A stretch of DNA of 14,404 nucleotides from Octopus sinensis (taxonomy: Eukaryota): assembly GCF_006345805.1 (NCBI RefSeq), contig NW_021825709.1, forward strand, positions 1 to 14,404. Direction: 5' to 3'. The position numbers were made by a program, and so were the translations under genes. Positions 9,370-14,404 of this stretch are shown here, one piece after another. Positions within the stretch are counted from its first letter, which is position 1. Each line of letters begins with the position of its first letter. Below the pieces are notes generated by a model, which was not told where the DNA came from, did not search any database, and saw only the letters and a list, made by a program, of their open reading frames with translations.

Positions 9370-9663
9370 CTAGCAGTATCGCCCGGCGTTACTCGGGTTT
9401 GTAAGGGAAATAACTATATAAGCATTTTTAGAGAGTTACTTCCCTTATATAAACCGAGCAAAAAATGCATTAAAAATGCAAAAAATTTTTTTTTTAATCG
9501 TAGACTCATCGTAGAAGCGCACTAATACCCAGAAGGGCTCGATATGAATCACGGCTATAAGATACCCGTTTTTGGTTAAACTGCACCGCAAAATGTAGGA
9601 GTAGTTAGGAATCTAATTCAGAGGAGACAGAGTCTCACACAGCTTCATTTTTATATATAAAGA
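9370..9663 (-). mobile_element. Non-autonomous Helitron (294 bp)
   Basis: A|TC start (9663-9662), CTAG|T end (9373-9370) and hairpin cccggcgttactcggg (9382-9397). Confidence 0.88.
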
Positions 9664-10110
9664 TTAATATCAGAGATGAAATTATAAACTCATTGATTTA
9701 ATTAAACTGAACCGATTATTGTAAATTAAGTCGTAAAAATGTTTTCTTTATGTTTAAGTTAATTAAATTAATCAATTGTAATATATTAGTTTCAGTTACC
9801 CGTACTTTAGCGCCGAGTTTGATAACAATTGGACGTTAGAAGCCTATAGAGAAAGTGGAAACGTCGAAAAGTACGATATTCCTATGAAAGATCCATCCGG
9901 GAGTAAGTAAAATATATCTTCTTACCTTCAATGCAAGTGATTGTATAATTCCCTCTGTGTGTATTTGTGTGTTTGTGTTTGCGTGCGCGCGAGCACCGGT
10001 TGTTTTCAAAAAGCATTGTCTCATACATAAATACATAAAACATAAATATTTTAGAGTGGTTGTATACTGTCAACTTAACGTGACAGTCCTGTAAGGGAAT
10101 TACACCACTG

Positions 10111-10154
10111 CTGTTTAGCCCTAGGAAGCATGTCGATGCTTCCTAGGGCTAAAC

Positions 10155-10156
<2 letters not shown>
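10111..10156. repeat. Perfect inverted repeat: 21-bp stem, 4-nt loop
   Basis: ctgtttagccctaggaagcat-gtcg-atgcttcctagggctaaacag; the arms are exact reverse complements. Confidence 0.97.
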
Positions 10157-10251
<95 letters not shown>

Positions 10252-10266
10252 TAGATAGATAGATAG
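10156..10266. repeat. (GATA)n microsatellite
   Basis: Read directly. Confidence 0.97.
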
Positions 10267-10471
10267 CGTAAATCTTTCTATCCATCTCTTTCCATATTCT
10301 TCAAGTGGCGATTAGAATTCGTTTCGGAAGCGAGGTAAGTTAACGGTACTGATGAGCAGAAATAACTACGAAATATCGATATCTGTTGTACACGTTCACT
10401 TTCGGAACAATTTCGTTTCGCTTAGTTTTCAAGTATACCGTGTCTTTTAATATTATATATATTTAAATGGA

Positions 10472-10720
10472 TTTAGAGTGCTACTTCCCTTATATAAACC
10501 GAGCAAAAATGCATTAAAAATGCGACAAAATTATGGTAAATTTTTTTCTCATCGTAGACTCATCGTAGACGCACGCTAATACCAAAAAGGGCTCGATATG
10601 AATCATGACTATAAGATACCCGCTTTTGGTTAAACTGCACCGCAAAATGTGGAAATAGTTAGGAATCTAAATCGGAGGAGACAGACTCTCACACACACAA
10701 CTTCAGTTTTATATATAAAG

Positions 10721-10721
<1 letters not shown>
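10472..10721 (-). mobile_element. Helitron copy lacking its 3' hairpin/CTAG end
   Basis: Colinear with about 9428-9663, keeps the A|TC 5' end, and homology stops near 10472. Confidence 0.85.
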
Positions 10722-10764
<43 letters not shown>

Positions 10765-10877
10765 CATACATATTCATATTCAAATATAGATAGATAGAGA
10801 ATGAGAGAGAGATACGCGTGTGGGCATTGAGTTAATTTAATAAATTTTTAACGAATCTATCCTTTCGTGTTTTTCAG

Positions 10878-10971
10878 ATGTGCAATGGCGTTACCCACAA
10901 CTGGTCTTCTCAGTACTTTTAAAATAGAATACATATACAATTCCAGAAATTACATAATTTTACATACATAA
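10878..10971 (+). CDS. Possible terminal exon: (K)[30 protein letters not shown]
   Basis: Good acceptor cctttcgtgtttttcag| at 10877. Open in phase 2, matching the weak donor at 8709, with stop at 10969-10971. No other support. Confidence 0.35.
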
Positions 10972-10996
10972 ATACATACATACATACGTACGTACA

Positions 10997-11027
<31 letters not shown>

Positions 11028-11300
11028 GTTAGTACATGCATATCTACACACATGCATATTTTTACATACATACATATGTAAGTACATACATAATCATATT
11101 CATGTAGATAGATAGATACAGAGAGACAGAGAGAGAGAATTAGATAGAAAGAATTGATAGATAGATAGAGAGAGAGGGATGTGTATATATATATATACGT
11201 ATATATAGATAGAGAGAGAGGGATGTGTATATATATATATACGTATATATATAGATATATGTGTGTATATATATATATATATAGATAGATATATATATAT

Positions 11301-11378
<78 letters not shown>
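10960..11378. repeat. Compound (TACA)n, (GA)n and (TA)n microsatellite field with a 44-bp local duplication (11164/11208)
   Basis: Read directly; source of the YI-repeat ORFs. Confidence 0.93.
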
Positions 11379-11381
<3 letters not shown>

Positions 11382-11919
11382 GTTTAAATATTTGTTGTGC
11401 AAGATTTTTTATGTGAAGTCGTGTGTTGAAACAGATATTGTTATATTTCGGAATGGTCATATTGCCAGTTAGCCAATAAAAACACACGCACTATATATTT
11501 GGTGTTATTTTGCTTCAGTGATATTTATTTTTTACATTAATCTTAATCTTATTTCGGCCAAAGCTCTTTCGTCACACTCCTGTGACCGCATCAGTGGTCC
11601 TTTATTTTCTTCTCACTTATTTGTGTCTCTCCTTACTAACCGTCAGCCATTTTGTATTTCTATTGTATGTCTTCATTTGCGCATGCTTATATCTCTATGT
11701 GCGTCTATGTTTATTTAGTGTGTGTGTGGGGGGATGCCTGTAATATTTGTATCTTCTGTTTATATACATTCTTGTAATTTGTATTTTGTTTTTGTTGTTG
11801 TTGCTTTTGTTCTAATTTTGTTCATGTGTTTACATCCACCCATTATTATCAGTACATATGCTTGTATGTATGTATAACAACAATATTAGTAATAATAATA
11901 ATAAATCTAATCGAAAAAA

Positions 11920-12300
11920 AAAATATGAGCACGCAAAGGAAGAAAAGCAGAAGTATCCAGATACAATAAATGGAATTATTATGGAAGATGTGTTACTACC
12001 AGAAGAGTTCAATAAAGACAATGAAGCGAACATCTATGGGGGAGTAACAACGGACCCAGATGAAATATCGATACTTCAACTACCACCAAAGTATGCAGTG
12101 TATAGTAAGGTGAATACCATCAAATGCCTGTCTGAGATTGAAAAGTCGTTCACAAAAATACGTTGGAATTTAAATAGATACAATGACAACAACACTTGCG
12201 ACAACAACAACAACGCGAAAAACACTAACCGCAGCAACACTGTTAACTCTCTGGCACGTTCAACAAAATTCTAAAGAGGGCGCTTCAGTCTATTTCACAT
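11920..12300 (+). mobile_element. Probable Penelope-like retroelement fragment (N-terminal pre-RT region)
   Basis: 12032-12166 encodes IYGGVTTDPDEISILQLPPKYAVYSKVNTIKCLSEIEKSFTKIRW, resembling the E..L.L.PKF/Y...EIE....K.RW stretch of Penelope-like ORFs. No splice signals or RT domain follow. Confidence 0.5.
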
Positions 12301-12726
12301 TATGAAAAAGATATCTTGCTAAATTTTTTACTTCAGAGATTATCCTTCCTCAGTATATATTGTTCTTTAACTCAGAAATGCAAGATATTTCACCCCACCG
12401 CCACCCAAAGTCCATACACACACACACACACACATTCACATATTTTTCGGTCATGTATTTAATATGCTTTCTGTGGTGCACGAATGGGAAACACTCCGCG
12501 ACGCACGAATGTAATATATTCGAATGAAATATTTCCGAATTGAATATCTCAAAGAGTAACTATTCTTTCTGGTTACTTTACTCTTCTACTCTTTTCTCTG
12601 TAACCCAGTTATACTTTTTATTGTTGTAAAATAAAACATTTTTATCTGAAAAAAAAGGTTCGTCTGTCATATTTCTAAAATATTTCCCGTTCTTCTTTAT
12701 ATCAACATCAACATATAACATTTATA

Positions 12727-13135
12727 GGCGCAGGAGTGGCAGTGTGGTAAGTAGCTTGCTAACCAACCACATGGTTCCGGGTTCAGTCCCACTGCGTGCG
12801 TCTTGGGCAAGTGTCTTCTGCTATAGCCCCGGGCCGACCAATGCCTTGTGAGTGGATTTGGTAGAGGGAAACTGAAAGAAGCCTCTCGTATATATGTATA
12901 TATGTATATGTGTGTGTTTGTGTGTCTGTGTTTGCCCCCCTAGCATTGCTTGACAACCGATGCTGGTGTGTTTACGTCCCCGTGACTTAGCGGTTCGGCA
13001 AAAGAGACCGATAGATTAAATACTGGGCTTACAAAGAATAAGTTCCGTGGTCGATTTGCTCGACTAAAGGCGGTGCTCCAGCATGGCCGCAGTCAAATGA
13101 CTGAAACAAGTAAAAGAGTAAAAGAGTAAAGAGTA
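12727..13135 (+). mobile_element. SINE family 1, full length
   Basis: ggcgcaggagtggcagtgtggtaag head, ggttcagtccc B box, internal (TA/TG)n and (gtaaaaga)n tail. Confidence 0.92.
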
Positions 13136-13210
13136 ATATTAAATGGGTGATCACTACGTGAAATATACTGATTTCAATTTTTACCAGAAGTCGACAATGT
13201 CAAGGAGGGG

Positions 13211-13370
13211 ATAAATCGACCCCAGCACTCAACCAGTACTTATTTTATCGACCCCGAAAGGATGAAATGTAAAGTCAATCTCGGTGGAATTTGAACTGAA
13301 AACGTGAAGATAGACAAAAGGCCGCTAAGCATTTCCAGCAGCGTGCTAACGATTCGGCCAGCTCACAGCC
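13211..13370 (-). mobile_element. Older monomeric Meta-like SINE copy
   Basis: Reverse complement has head ggctgtgagctggccgaatcgttagcacg, B box cagttcaaattcc and core catcctttcggggtcgataaaataagtactgg. Confidence 0.8.
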
Positions 13371-13502
13371 TCCGACGTGAGGAATCTTATTTGTCAACTG
13401 ACACAGGCAACGATTGAAACAAGTTCCTCAACTCTTGTACAAAGTTTGTAAGATCTGTGATCTACACAACCATTCACCACGCCCCCATTTCTCTCTATAT
13501 AA

Positions 13503-14100
13503 ATTTCTTTATTGCCCACAAGGGGTTAAACATAGAGGGGACAAGCAAGGACAGACAAACGGATTAAGTCGATTACATCGACCCCAGTGCGTAACTGGCA
13601 TTTTATTAATCGACCCCGAAAGGATGAAAGGCAAAGTCGACCTCGGCGGAATTTGAACTCAGACCGTAGCGGCAGACGAAATACCTATTTCTTTACTACC
13701 CACAAGGGGCTAAACATAGAGCGGACAAACAAGGACAGACAAACGGATTAAGTCGATTACATCGACCCCAGTGCGTAACTGGCACTTTATTTGTCGACCC
13801 CGAATGGATGAAAGGCAAAGTCGACCTCGGCGGAATTTGAATTCAGAACATAGCGGCAGACGAAATGCCTATTTCTTTACTACCCACAAGGAGCTAAACA
13901 TAGAGAGGACAAACAAGGAAAGACAAACGGATTAAGCCGATTACATCGACCCAAGTGCGTAACTGGCACTTTATTTGTCGACCCCGAATGGATGAAAGGC
14001 AAAGTCGACCTCGGCGGAATTTGAACTCAGAACGTAACGGCAGACGAAATACGGCTACGCATTTCGTCCGGCGTGCTAACGTTTCTGCCAGCTCGCCGCC
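13503..14100 (-). mobile_element. SINE family 2 (Meta-like), three complete tandem units
   Basis: Head at 14100. The cagacgaaat anchor occurs at 13673, 13857 and 14041 (184-bp period). Confidence 0.92.
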
Positions 14101-14404
14101 TATATATATATATATATATCTCCCTCTCCGTGAGCTGGCAGTGTTGTCTGGTACTTATTTTATCCATTCCTGTTTCTCAAATTACTCACCTGACCAGGTA
14201 TAAGGGACATTAGCATTGGTGGGTTTTATTCCTCATTAAACACACACACATCGACGCAGGTACAACATCAACTACGATACTAAAAATACGGAAGCAAAAA
14301 CATGCTGTAATTGTTAGCTTAATACTCAAGGATTAAGGAGCTGAAATTATATAAAGTTGAGCTGAAAGAGTAAATTTAGTAAGAAGCGTTTGGGATCTTT
14401 TCCT

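Noticed and set aside
9693-9776. Imperfect AT-rich inverted repeat
   Set aside because: Expected by chance at this AT content.
10306-10340. Consensus donor GAG|GTAAGT at 10335 with a possible 29-nt micro-exon
   Set aside because: Weak AAG acceptor and an in-frame TAG in the phase needed; no support as a coding exon.
11100-11487. YI-repeat ORFs
   Set aside because: (TA)n microsatellite read-through.
12727-12800. tRNA-like A/B boxes
   Set aside because: Heads of SINEs: no complete cloverleaf, and they continue into SINE body and tail.

Overview
Eukaryotic, AT-rich, repeat-dense DNA. The SINE and microsatellite repertoire looks like a coleoid cephalopod, probably Octopus (recognised from memory, not searched). 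The six-frame track shows only fragments of a spliced + strand gene: candidate exon 3314-3393, exon 4484-4813 (signal-peptide-like N-terminus plus 8-Cys PAN/apple-like domain), exon 6057-6148, exon 8563-8708/8733 and possible last exon 10878-10971. GT-AG sites and phases are compatible, giving a secreted or membrane-anchored glycoprotein of about 196-220 aa with an unnamed second domain. Introns and flanks carry two tRNA-derived SINE families (one CORE-like with an internal microsatellite, one Meta-domain-like with 184-bp tandem units), three non-autonomous Helitrons, decayed R4/Dong-like, CR1-like and probable Penelope-like fragments, a putative TIR element with telomere-like repeats, a perfect 21-bp hairpin and many microsatellites. 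Most listed ORFs are microsatellite or SINE artefacts. There is no CRISPR array, rRNA or true tRNA gene.
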